Shown: in pieces, positions 31,244 to 38,721 of the stretch
Layout of the letters: every line of letters begins with the position of its first letter
Numbering within the stretch: the stretch's first letter is position 1
Assembly: GCA_040235515.1 (NCBI GenBank)
Contig: JBECKX010000077.1
Location: 1 to 38,721 of the forward strand
Length of the DNA: 38,721 nucleotides
Reading direction: 5' to 3'
DNA from: Candidatus Zixiibacteriota bacterium
GTDB lineage: Bacteria; Zixibacteria; MSB-5A5; CAIYYT01
The notes under the pieces: generated by a model
What the model was told of the DNA's origin: nothing
What the model saw: the letters and a program-made list of their open reading frames with translations, nothing else
Database searches by the model: none
Program-made: the position numbers and the translations under genes

Positions 31244-31970
31244 GTCATTCCTGCACGCAACGGCGCACAGGCGCAGGCAGGAATCGAGGGTTGTGGGAAG
31301 ACAGACAATTCTCACAGTTTCGGTGCCCCACCGCTCTGCGGTGGGTGAGGAACACACCCCCGCCCCAAGCCTGCCGCTGCGCGTCAAACTTGGGACGACC
31401 CCTCTCAAGAGGGGTTGGGCAACGTAGGCTCGATTCGATCGTAGGATCACCGTAGGGGCGCAGCATGCTGCGCCCACCAGGATTCGCGAACGCGAATCGC
31501 AACGGCCAACGGGCCGTCATTCCCGCACAGGCGGGAATCCAGAGTTGTAGGGGCGAGAGGTTCTCGCCCACGTGTAACCGAAGGGCGAATACCATTCGTC
31601 CCTACGCGAAAGATCGCGGAAGGTCAGACATTCTTGTCTGACACCGCACCGAAGGTGCGGAGCATGTAGGTCAAGTTCACTGGGAACTTGACTCGTCGGG
31701 TTCCAGGGAATCCGACCTACTGAGGGCAACACACCCCGGCTACGTTGAGTTCGACTTCATCGGAAGATCACCGTAGGGGCGCAGCATGCTGCGCCCACCA
31801 AGATTAGCGAACGCGAATCGCAACGGCCAACGGGCCGTCATTCCCGCGCAGGCGGGAATCCATCGGTGCCCCACCGCTCTGCGGTGGGTGAGGAACACAC
31901 CCCCGCCCCAAACCTGCCGCTGCGCGTCTAGACAGGGACGACCCCTCTCAAGAGGGGTTGGGCAACGTAG
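31244..31970. repeat. Second mosaic cluster of REP-like palindromes, downstream of gyrA
   Basis: Same modules as in 27968-28590 (31352-31555; 31773-31862; 31863-31970), plus paired GTAG...CTAC doublets at 31547-31605 and 31666-31720. Confidence 0.85.
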
Positions 31971-31996
31971 ACCCAACTTATGAGTAAAGCAACCTA

Positions 31997-32404
31997 ATGG
32001 CGAATTGGCTCAAAACAGGCCTACTCCACATTCCTATGACAAAGCCTCAACAACATATCTGGACAGCCGCATGGGAGGATTACCGGAAGCGACGAACCAC
32101 CTTTTGGGTTTACTTTTTAGTCTCCCCTTTTCTCGTCGGAGTGATCGGGCACCTTCTCTTCAGGCTAACTGAAAATGAATACGTCCCACTCATCCTCGCA
32201 TTTCCATGGTTTGTAGCCTGGATAGTAGTTGGTCATCGTGTGACGACGTTCAGATGCCCAGCATGCAAGCACACTTTTTTTGTGCGTCGGCTCGTCTACT
32301 GGCCATTCTCCACGAAGTGTATGTGGTGTGGTCTGCCGAAGTGGGATGAGGTCAGGCTCGATCCTGCGCCTCCGATTGAAGAGCTGCCTGCTGCAGAGGA
32401 GTAG
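31997..32404 (+). CDS. Hypothetical membrane protein with C-terminal CxxC...CxxC ribbon
   Basis: Two hydrophobic helices, then FRCPAC...KCMWCGLPKW. Start could be 32036. Confidence 0.7.
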   Translation: MANWLKTGLLHIPMTKPQQHIWTAAWEDYRKRRTTFWVYFLVSPFLVGVIGHLLFRLTENEYVPLILAFPWFVAWIVVGHRVTTFRCPACKHTFFVRRLVYWPFSTKCMWCGLPKWDEVRLDPAPPIEELPAAEE

Positions 32405-32456
32405 GTCAAGTTCCCATGGAACTTGACTTGTCGGGTTGCAAGTAAACCCGACCTAC
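32401..32456. repeat. Paired GTAG-type REP doublet (REPIN-like) between convergent genes
   Basis: GTAG-GTCAAGTTCC-CAT-GGAACTTGAC-TT-GTCGGGTT...AACCCGAC-CTAC; homologous to 31666-31720. Confidence 0.8.
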
Positions 32457-33583
32457 AAACCTACCAAACCCTCATACAACGTCATCATCTGCTTTGTCAC
32501 ATACTCTCTACTGAAACGTTGCACATACTCAAACCCGGTATCTGCCATCTCCACGCGACGCTGCTCATCATTTATCAACCTCTCTATCGCACTGCGTAAC
32601 GCCGCCACATCATAGGGATCGACATAGATAGAACCTGGTCCCCCCGCTTCCGGAAACACGCCACCCTTCGTGGTGATCACCGGCAGCCTGCTCCAGAGCG
32701 CTTCAATGATCGGGATACCGAAGCCCTCAAAGATGGAGGGATAAATCAGCGCCAGCGCCTGCCGGTAGATTGCAGGAAAATCGGCGAAAGCAACATCGGA
32801 GAGTATGCGCACTCGACTCTCCAGCTTGTGGTCGATAATATAATCCTCGACTCTTCGACGGTAGCTCCCGCCGTTACCAAGGACGATCAGGTTGAGATCT
32901 GTAAACGATTCGATGGCCTTGACGGCAGAGAGCAGGTTCTTGCGCTCTTCGATAGAACCGACATAGAGCAGATATGAATCGGGGAGATTGTGCTTTCGCT
33001 TCACTTCCGCCAATCTGGCAACAGCCGGTGCGGAAACAAACTGTTCGTCGCAACTCTGGTAGATGACACGAATCTTTTCAGGATCGACACCCTCGAACTC
33101 GACAATATCCTGCCTGGTCTGCTCACTCACCGCGACGATGACGTCCGCGATCCGGCAGGCAGCAGCGACTTTACGATCGTAACCGATGCGATCGATTCTG
33201 GGATAGAGCTGCGGGTAACGCTTGAAAATCATATCATGTATCGTTACGACCGTCTTGATCCCGGTCGTTTCGATCCCGAACGGCAGTTCATTGCTCAAGC
33301 CGTGAAAGATATCGAGCTGGTCCTTTTTCAGTTGGCGATTGATTAACCGACTGCGCCAGAGAGGACCAAGCGCTCGTCCGAGCAGAGAATCAGGTGTGAC
33401 GATGGAGAGGTTCTCACGGGACTCAGCGAAGCGAACGCGGGGCGAAGAAACATACTTCGGGGTATAGAGCCGATACTGATTACCGGGATAGAACTCACTC
33501 AACGAGCCCAGTAACGTTCGGCTGTAGTTACCGAGCCCGGTGTTGTTGAACACCGCCCGCTTGCCATCAAAACCAATCCGCAT
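32453..33583 (-). CDS. Glycosyltransferase family 4 (GT-B)
   Basis: MRIGFDGKR...TGLGNYSR, VVTIHD, YVGSIEERKN, YPSIFEGFGIPIIEA (Ex7E), EAGG. Start at ATG 33583. Confidence 0.93.
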   Translation of the reverse strand: MRIGFDGKRAVFNNTGLGNYSRTLLGSLSEFYPGNQYRLYTPKYVSSPRVRFAESRENLSIVTPDSLLGRALGPLWRSRLINRQLKKDQLDIFHGLSNELPFGIETTGIKTVVTIHDMIFKRYPQLYPRIDRIGYDRKVAAACRIADVIVAVSEQTRQDIVEFEGVDPEKIRVIYQSCDEQFVSAPAVARLAEVKRKHNLPDSYLLYVGSIEERKNLLSAVKAIESFTDLNLIVLGNGGSYRRRVEDYIIDHKLESRVRILSDVAFADFPAIYRQALALIYPSIFEGFGIPIIEALWSRLPVITTKGGVFPEAGGPGSIYVDPYDVAALRSAIERLINDEQRRVEMADTGFEYVQRFSREYVTKQMMTLYEGLVGL

Positions 33584-33590
33584 GTCGCCA

Positions 33591-33619
33591 AGGATAGTGG
33601 AGCAGAAAGAGTGAAGCAA
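33591..33619 (-). promoter_or_regulatory. sigma70-type promoter of GT4 with leaderless geometry
   Basis: Minus strand TTGCTT-N17-TATCCT, then 7 nt, then ATG 33583; no SD. Confidence 0.55.
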
Positions 33620-33682
33620 GCCAATTACGTTGTGCTGACTACCCGACCCCGGCGTGTTATCAAGCCGGCTGTGTCCCTTCCC

Positions 33683-33711
33683 TTGCAAAGCAAACGAATG
33701 GCACATAGATT
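33683..33711 (+). promoter_or_regulatory. sigma70-type promoter of the PfkB kinase gene with leaderless geometry
   Basis: TTGCAA-N17-TAGATT, then 6 nt, then ATG 33718; no SD. Confidence 0.6.
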
Positions 33712-33717
33712 CCGAGC

Positions 33718-34701
33718 ATGGCTGCTGCGAAAACCAGGATCGCTGTCATAGGTACTGTGAATGTGGACACAGTAACGCGCCCCAATGGCTCGATCACGAA
33801 CAGCTATGGAGGGATGCTCTACAACCTGATTCCCCTCTCACAGATCACTCATCAATTGCTGGGGGATGCGGTAGAGATCTGGCCGGTTGTCCGAATCGGC
33901 TCGGACCATGCGGAGGCGATTCTGGAGAAACTGAAGGAGTTGCCCGGCATTATGCCGGGTGCGATCAAAGTGGTTGATCGCCCCAACAACCACTGCCATC
34001 TGACCTATCACGACGATTCGCACAAATCAGAAGTATTGAGAGGTTGGGTGGGGGCAGTGACTAAAACCCAGGTGAGCAGAGTGCTTGATTTCGACACGAT
34101 TCTGGTCAACTTTATCTCCGGCGGGGATATCTCGAGTAAGACTCTGCAGTGGCTACGTGAGAAAAGCACCGCCACGATCTTTATCGACTTCCACTCCCAT
34201 TCGCTGGGACGGCGTCGTGATGGAAGTCGTTTCCTGCGAAGACCGCGGGACTGGAGGGAAGTCGTTCGTTGCGCTGATTATCTCCAGATGAATGAAATCG
34301 AGTTCGAAGTACTGGCCGGTGAACCTGTCAGCCGGGATAGTCTTCGCAGGTTTGCAGCGGCAATTTCTCTGGATACGAACCAGGAATTGGTCGTGACACG
34401 CGGTGGCAATCCGGGATTGCGAATTCGGCGGCGGCGGGTGGAAGATGGCAGAATCTCGATCGACGAGATTGTCACCCCGGCAGCGAAACGAATCAAGGAC
34501 CCGACAGGCTGCGGCGATATCTTCTCAGCCGTTTTCATCGCATTGAGAGCGGCCGGTGAAGCGGTTCATGCGGCGTTCCGATGCGCTTCCGCAGTGGCGA
34601 CCAAACGTGCGGAGTCCACGCGGAGCCTCGAAAATATTGATTTCAGGCGCTTTTTTCACGAGGATACTTATTCGCGAAGGGCACAAAATCGCTCAGGCTG
34701 A
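33718..34701 (+). CDS. PfkB/ribokinase-family carbohydrate kinase
   Basis: IAVIGTVNVD, GG..YN, QMNE.E, VVTRGG, anion-hole DPTGCGDIF. Confidence 0.85.
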   Translation: MAAAKTRIAVIGTVNVDTVTRPNGSITNSYGGMLYNLIPLSQITHQLLGDAVEIWPVVRIGSDHAEAILEKLKELPGIMPGAIKVVDRPNNHCHLTYHDDSHKSEVLRGWVGAVTKTQVSRVLDFDTILVNFISGGDISSKTLQWLREKSTATIFIDFHSHSLGRRRDGSRFLRRPRDWREVVRCADYLQMNEIEFEVLAGEPVSRDSLRRFAAAISLDTNQELVVTRGGNPGLRIRRRRVEDGRISIDEIVTPAAKRIKDPTGCGDIFSAVFIALRAAGEAVHAAFRCASAVATKRAESTRSLENIDFRRFFHEDTYSRRAQNRSG

Positions 34702-34882
34702 GGATTGCTGCGATGAAACATCGCGAATCAAGAATCGTAAACTTTACTTGAGAATGACTATAAGTAAATGTGGGAACTGGAGCTGACGGGAAGGTGTTAG
34801 AAGCACGCATGAGAAGGTTCCCCACAGGCCATACGGGCCCGGTACGGATAGTAAGGCAAAACCTCAAATCAAAGAACAGCTT

Positions 34883-36760
34883 ATGAAGTCGCTAAATCAA
34901 GCTTACAGCCAGAGGCGAGAGACGCTAGGAATCGTGATTACTGCAATCCTGCTTTCTGCTCTGCTCTCCCCCAGCCTTTTCGCCCAGGATGACTACATCG
35001 TCAAGGTCGATAATTTCCGCACAGATGAACTCTATTGTAAAGGCTTCCGCGTACTCGAGCCGACATCGATCAAGATTCGCGCGATCGGCGCTGCGAACGA
35101 CAACGGTGACGAGGAGATGGCCGGGTATGCCTGGATCATGCGCACCGGGAGTCTGCGCCCGGTCTGGGTGATGGAGGAACGCAATACCGATCCGTATGAA
35201 AACGACGACATGTTGCGCATCTACGACAGCCAGTTCGAACTGGAGCCGGGCGAATATGAAGCCTATTTCTACGCCGGCGAACCGGGTGGATTCGGGAGCT
35301 TCGATTTCAAGTTCAGCCTGGAGACGCTTGAAGAGATCCTCGATGAACTGGCAAGGGAGCTGGATGCCTCGGAGCGCGATCGCGAAGAGGCCGAGGAAGA
35401 GCTTGAAAAATTACGTGAAGAGTTGCGGAACAACGATCACAATGTCCAGATCTACTCGGGCAGGCACGATGACGAATTGATCGACCAGTACAGCCTGAGA
35501 ATTTCGGGTGATTCCAAGCTGATTACCGGCGCAAGCTGCAATTACTACTCCGATCAGGTCGTGGCGGAGTTGCTGCGTCCCGACCACAACGAGTATACTT
35601 CGATCGGGTTCACGCTCACCGAACCACTCGACGTCCAGTTGGCGGCGCTGGGTGAGGTTGCAGACTGGTCTGAGACTTTTGCGGACTACGGTTGGTTGAT
35701 CAACGCATCGACGCGTGAGCGTGTCTGGTCGATGGCCGATGCGCGACTGCGCTGGGCCGGTGGCGCCAAGAAGAACAAGTTTGTCGAGGAGACATTGCAC
35801 CTCGACAAGGGTGATTACCTCCTCTACTATGTAACCGATGACTCGCATGCCTACGATGACTGGAATGCCGCACCGCCATACAAGCCGGAGGCATACGGTA
35901 TCCGAATCAATGCCCTCAACCGTGATGATCTTAAGTATGTCAAGCCGTTCCGCGATACCTACTCGCGCGAACCGCTGATCGCAATCGTGGGGGCACGCGA
36001 TGATTTTCTTGAAGTTGAACCATTCGAGGTCACCAAGCCCGCCGATGTTCGCATCTATGCCATCGGCGAGTACACCGGTGATTTCGGCCATGACGAACCG
36101 TGGGCGGACTATGCCTGGATCGAGCGCCTCGATGAACCCGATATCGTCTGGTCGATGTCAGGTCGTGATTCCGAACCGGCCGGTGGCGCCAAGAAGAACC
36201 GACTGGTGGATCAGGTGGTCCATCTCCCCCAGGGCCAGTACCTGCTCGGGTACGTTACCGATGATTCGCACGCCTACGGCGATTGGAACGCCTCCCCGCC
36301 CTATGACCAGAAAAACTACGGTGTAACAATCTTCCCGCCCGACAAGAACTTCGATCGCTCAGTCGTGAGGAAGCTCACCTCGGTCGAGGAGAGTGACGAT
36401 ATCCTCGCGCAGTTGACCAGAATCGGTGATGACGCCGACGTGAGTCGTGATTTCGAATTGAAGGAGCCCACACGGGTGCGGGTGATCGCGCTCGGTGAAG
36501 GCACCGGTGGCAAGATGTATGATTACGGCTGGATCGAAAATCGCAGCAACGGTGACATCGTCTGGGAGATGACCTATCGCAAGAGCGACGCTGCAGGCGG
36601 CGCCGATAAGAATCGCATGGTCGATACCAAGATCATGCTCGATAAGGGTCGCTACACAGTGCGCTACGTGAGCGATGGTTCTCATTCATTCGGACGCTGG
36701 AATGCATCTCCGCCGAAATTCGCTCAACGTTGGGGAATCACGGTTACACTGGCACGGTAA
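34883..36760 (+). CDS. Secreted protein with four tandem ~125-aa beta-rich repeats, function unknown
   Basis: Signal peptide ending LFA-Q. Repeats F.(L/V).(E/K)P..(V/I)...A(I/L)G...Y(G/A)W.......VW.M....AGGA.KN......L..G.Y...YV(T/S)D.SH....WNA.PP; acidic coiled coil after repeat 1. Confidence 0.85.
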   Translation: MKSLNQAYSQRRETLGIVITAILLSALLSPSLFAQDDYIVKVDNFRTDELYCKGFRVLEPTSIKIRAIGAANDNGDEEMAGYAWIMRTGSLRPVWVMEERNTDPYENDDMLRIYDSQFELEPGEYEAYFYAGEPGGFGSFDFKFSLETLEEILDELARELDASERDREEAEEELEKLREELRNNDHNVQIYSGRHDDELIDQYSLRISGDSKLITGASCNYYSDQVVAELLRPDHNEYTSIGFTLTEPLDVQLAALGEVADWSETFADYGWLINASTRERVWSMADARLRWAGGAKKNKFVEETLHLDKGDYLLYYVTDDSHAYDDWNAAPPYKPEAYGIRINALNRDDLKYVKPFRDTYSREPLIAIVGARDDFLEVEPFEVTKPADVRIYAIGEYTGDFGHDEPWADYAWIERLDEPDIVWSMSGRDSEPAGGAKKNRLVDQVVHLPQGQYLLGYVTDDSHAYGDWNASPPYDQKNYGVTIFPPDKNFDRSVVRKLTSVEESDDILAQLTRIGDDADVSRDFELKEPTRVRVIALGEGTGGKMYDYGWIENRSNGDIVWEMTYRKSDAAGGADKNRMVDTKIMLDKGRYTVRYVSDGSHSFGRWNASPPKFAQRWGITVTLAR

Positions 36761-36873
36761 ACGGCGCTCGCACCTGGGGGCGCACTCCATAACTCCTTGC
36801 GTTACAATGTATTAGAATACAGCCACCGCTGTCCCTGTTCGAAATCTCAACCTCGAGAAACTCCCCCAATCCC

Positions 36874-36900
36874 TAATACAGAAACAGTCACTGCCGATAC
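36874..36900 (+). promoter_or_regulatory. sigma28 (FliA/SigD)-like promoter
   Basis: TAAT-N15-GCCGATAC versus consensus TAAA-N15-GCCGATAA. Confidence 0.45.
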
Positions 36901-37004
36901 TATTAGAGTTGGCGATTTAGATCGCCTCGCTAGTGTGGGAAATCCCCCAAAAAGGGCCCGCTGAGTCCAGAGTCGGGCTCGCGACTTACCAGAGGCAGGA
37001 GTGG

Positions 37005-37577
37005 ATGGCACAACTACAGGCGACAGAGAATCCGCGAAAGAGCGCAGTTGCGCACAATGATGTCACCCCATTCGGAATCGTAAAGAAAATCCGATATATG
37101 GTGAACTCCACCCCGGAGTTTATTGAGATCCTTCATGGGGTGAACCAGATGTTCGCGCTCGTGGAGGATGTCGAAGAGAACAAAACCCTGCAGCAATCGT
37201 GTCAGATTGATGTCATGCCGTTGCCGCATTCTGAATCGAAGTTCATCGTCAGTTTCCTGATCCCCTCCGATCTTCTGGGCGTGGGGAGCAGTCGCAGGCA
37301 GCGCAAGATTGATTTCGCGGAATTCTATGACCCCAAGGACAAGCCACAGATTGTCAAGAAGCCCCCGAAGATGTTTTTCTCTTATGATATTGATTCACTC
37401 TTCGACCTGAACCTGGCGTTCTACAACTTCCAGGCTACACTCGCGCCCTCGGTACCGACACCGCAATGGTCCCGCGTACGGCGCTCGATCGAAATCATCG
37501 CCAGACCCCGACAGTCTCCGGAAGACCGCCTCAAGTTCGTCTTCATCGCACAGATCACTACATCGGTTCAAGCGTAG
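37005..37577 (+). CDS. Hypothetical cytoplasmic protein
   Basis: 190-codon ORF; AGGAG SD before ATG 37005; no recognisable motif. Confidence 0.7.
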   Translation: MAQLQATENPRKSAVAHNDVTPFGIVKKIRYMVNSTPEFIEILHGVNQMFALVEDVEENKTLQQSCQIDVMPLPHSESKFIVSFLIPSDLLGVGSSRRQRKIDFAEFYDPKDKPQIVKKPPKMFFSYDIDSLFDLNLAFYNFQATLAPSVPTPQWSRVRRSIEIIARPRQSPEDRLKFVFIAQITTSVQA

Positions 37578-37599
37578 TCAGCAACCGACGCTGGAGACG

Positions 37600-37926
37600 C
37601 TAATCCTCCGGGCCATCCTCGCCGCTCTCGTTCGGTCTGGCAAATCCGATATTCTTCTGATCCATCATCCCCTGCAGCTTTATCTCGCCATGCTTCTCTT
37701 CGTATTTCTTCAGGTTGTCCTGCAGCGTCCGTGAGAGTGCCTTGGCGTTCTGGGGAGTCATGACAATGCGGGCGTGTACCCGTGCCTTGGGTGTGCCGGG
37801 CAGGAAGCGGGCGAAATCGAGTATGATCTCGGATGGGGAATGTCCAACCATTACAAGGTTGGAATAGATACCCTGCGCCTCGGTTTCCTTCAATTCCAAC
37901 TGTATCTGTTGCTGCGGTTTCTGCAT
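37600..37926 (-). CDS. DUF3467 family protein
   Basis: A.GIYSNL....HS.SE.ILDF....PG.PKA.V..RI.MTP..AK.L...L..N..KYE...G.I; AAGGAGG SD. Confidence 0.9.
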   Translation of the reverse strand: MQKPQQQIQLELKETEAQGIYSNLVMVGHSPSEIILDFARFLPGTPKARVHARIVMTPQNAKALSRTLQDNLKKYEEKHGEIKLQGMMDQKNIGFARPNESGEDGPED

Positions 37927-38038
37927 CGATCCTCCTTGTAATCGCTGTGGCAGTGTAATATAATACCCCCCTTAGTCAAGGGAAGTTTGCTGGCAGAGCC
38001 TGCCCGGCAAGGTGTGAACCCAAAGCTGTGACTGTCCA

Positions 38039-38721
38039 ATGATAACAGCCGAAAGAATCAAAGAGATTTTCGAGAGAGTCGATTCCGGTCGCGTCCTCGT
38101 TTATGGGGATCTGATGCTGGACCAATACTACTGGGGCAAGGTCGAACGAATCTCGCCGGAGGCGCCGGTCCCGGTTGTGGAAGTCTTGTCCGAATCGCTT
38201 CACCTCGGTGGGGCGGCCAATGTCGCACGCAATATCGCCGCACTCGGTTGCCAGGTGGAGATCGCCGGACCGGTCGGAGATGACGAAAACGCCACCAGGC
38301 TTCAGCATCTGCTCGAGCGGGAGGGCATCTCCAGCCAGAAACTGGTCACTGATCAGAAGCGACCGACAACAGTCAAGACTCGCATCATCGCGCACGACCA
38401 GCAGGTTGTACGTGCCGACCGCGAGTCGCGCGACGAGATCGATGGCTTCACCGAAAACGAATTTCTACGCTTTATCGAGTCACGCATCTCGGCGATCGAT
38501 TGCCTGCTGATCTCCGATTACGGCAAGGGCGCCATTACCAAGCCGCTGCTCGACAAGCTGGTCTACCTGTCCAGGGCCAACGATGTGTTCGTCGCGGTCG
38601 ACCCCAAAGAAACACATTTCCGCAACTATCGCCAGGTCTCGGTCATCACTCCGAATGAGCATGAGGCTGCGTTCGCTGCGGGCCGACGAATTCGCAGTGA
38701 GGAGGACCTCCGTGAAGTGGG
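38039..38721 (+). CDS. rfaE1: D-glycero-beta-D-manno-heptose-7-phosphate kinase (RfaE domain I/HldE kinase), partial, runs off the window end
   Basis: Not in the ORF track. Translates MITAERIKEIFERVDSGRVLVYGDLMLDQYYWGKVERISPEAPVPVV...GGAANVARNI...RPTTVKTRI...ISDYGKG...VDPK...ITPNEHEA. Confidence 0.93.
   Translation, partial: MITAERIKEIFERVDSGRVLVYGDLMLDQYYWGKVERISPEAPVPVVEVLSESLHLGGAANVARNIAALGCQVEIAGPVGDDENATRLQHLLEREGISSQKLVTDQKRPTTVKTRIIAHDQQVVRADRESRDEIDGFTENEFLRFIESRISAIDCLLISDYGKGAITKPLLDKLVYLSRANDVFVAVDPKETHFRNYRQVSVITPNEHEAAFAAGRRIRSEEDLREV

Overview
Chromosomal, mostly housekeeping window from a diderm bacterium. It is probably a candidate-phylum Zixibacteria-like (FCB) genome, an inference from two secreted proteins ending in the Cys-bracketed dockerin-like module typical of that lineage. 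Contents in order: a 7-heme NapC/NirT-family cytochrome with an FNR-like box; SRP RNA-dnaX-ybaB-recR; two large dockerin-tailed secreted proteins; a complete tolQRAB-pal-cpoB operon; accessory methyltransferase, SIMPL, DinB and epimerase genes; recF-dciA-gyrB-gyrA without dnaA/dnaN; GT4, PfkB kinase, a secreted four-repeat protein, DUF3467 and a truncated rfaE1. Most notable signals: (i) dense mosaic arrays of several unrelated REP-like palindrome families, in shuffled modules, flanking gyrA and supplying stop codons to neighbouring genes; (ii) an A10 slippage site in dnaX with stops in both shifted frames; (iii) a structured ~80-nt RNA apparently co-transcribed 5' of the SRP S domain; (iv) at least four genes with leaderless-promoter geometry; (v) a GyrA QRDR lacking the fluoroquinolone-anchoring residues; (vi) dockerin-like surface proteins with unusual domain architectures. 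No transposase, CRISPR array, tRNA or rRNA was seen. All product calls come from motif recognition by eye, with no database searches.
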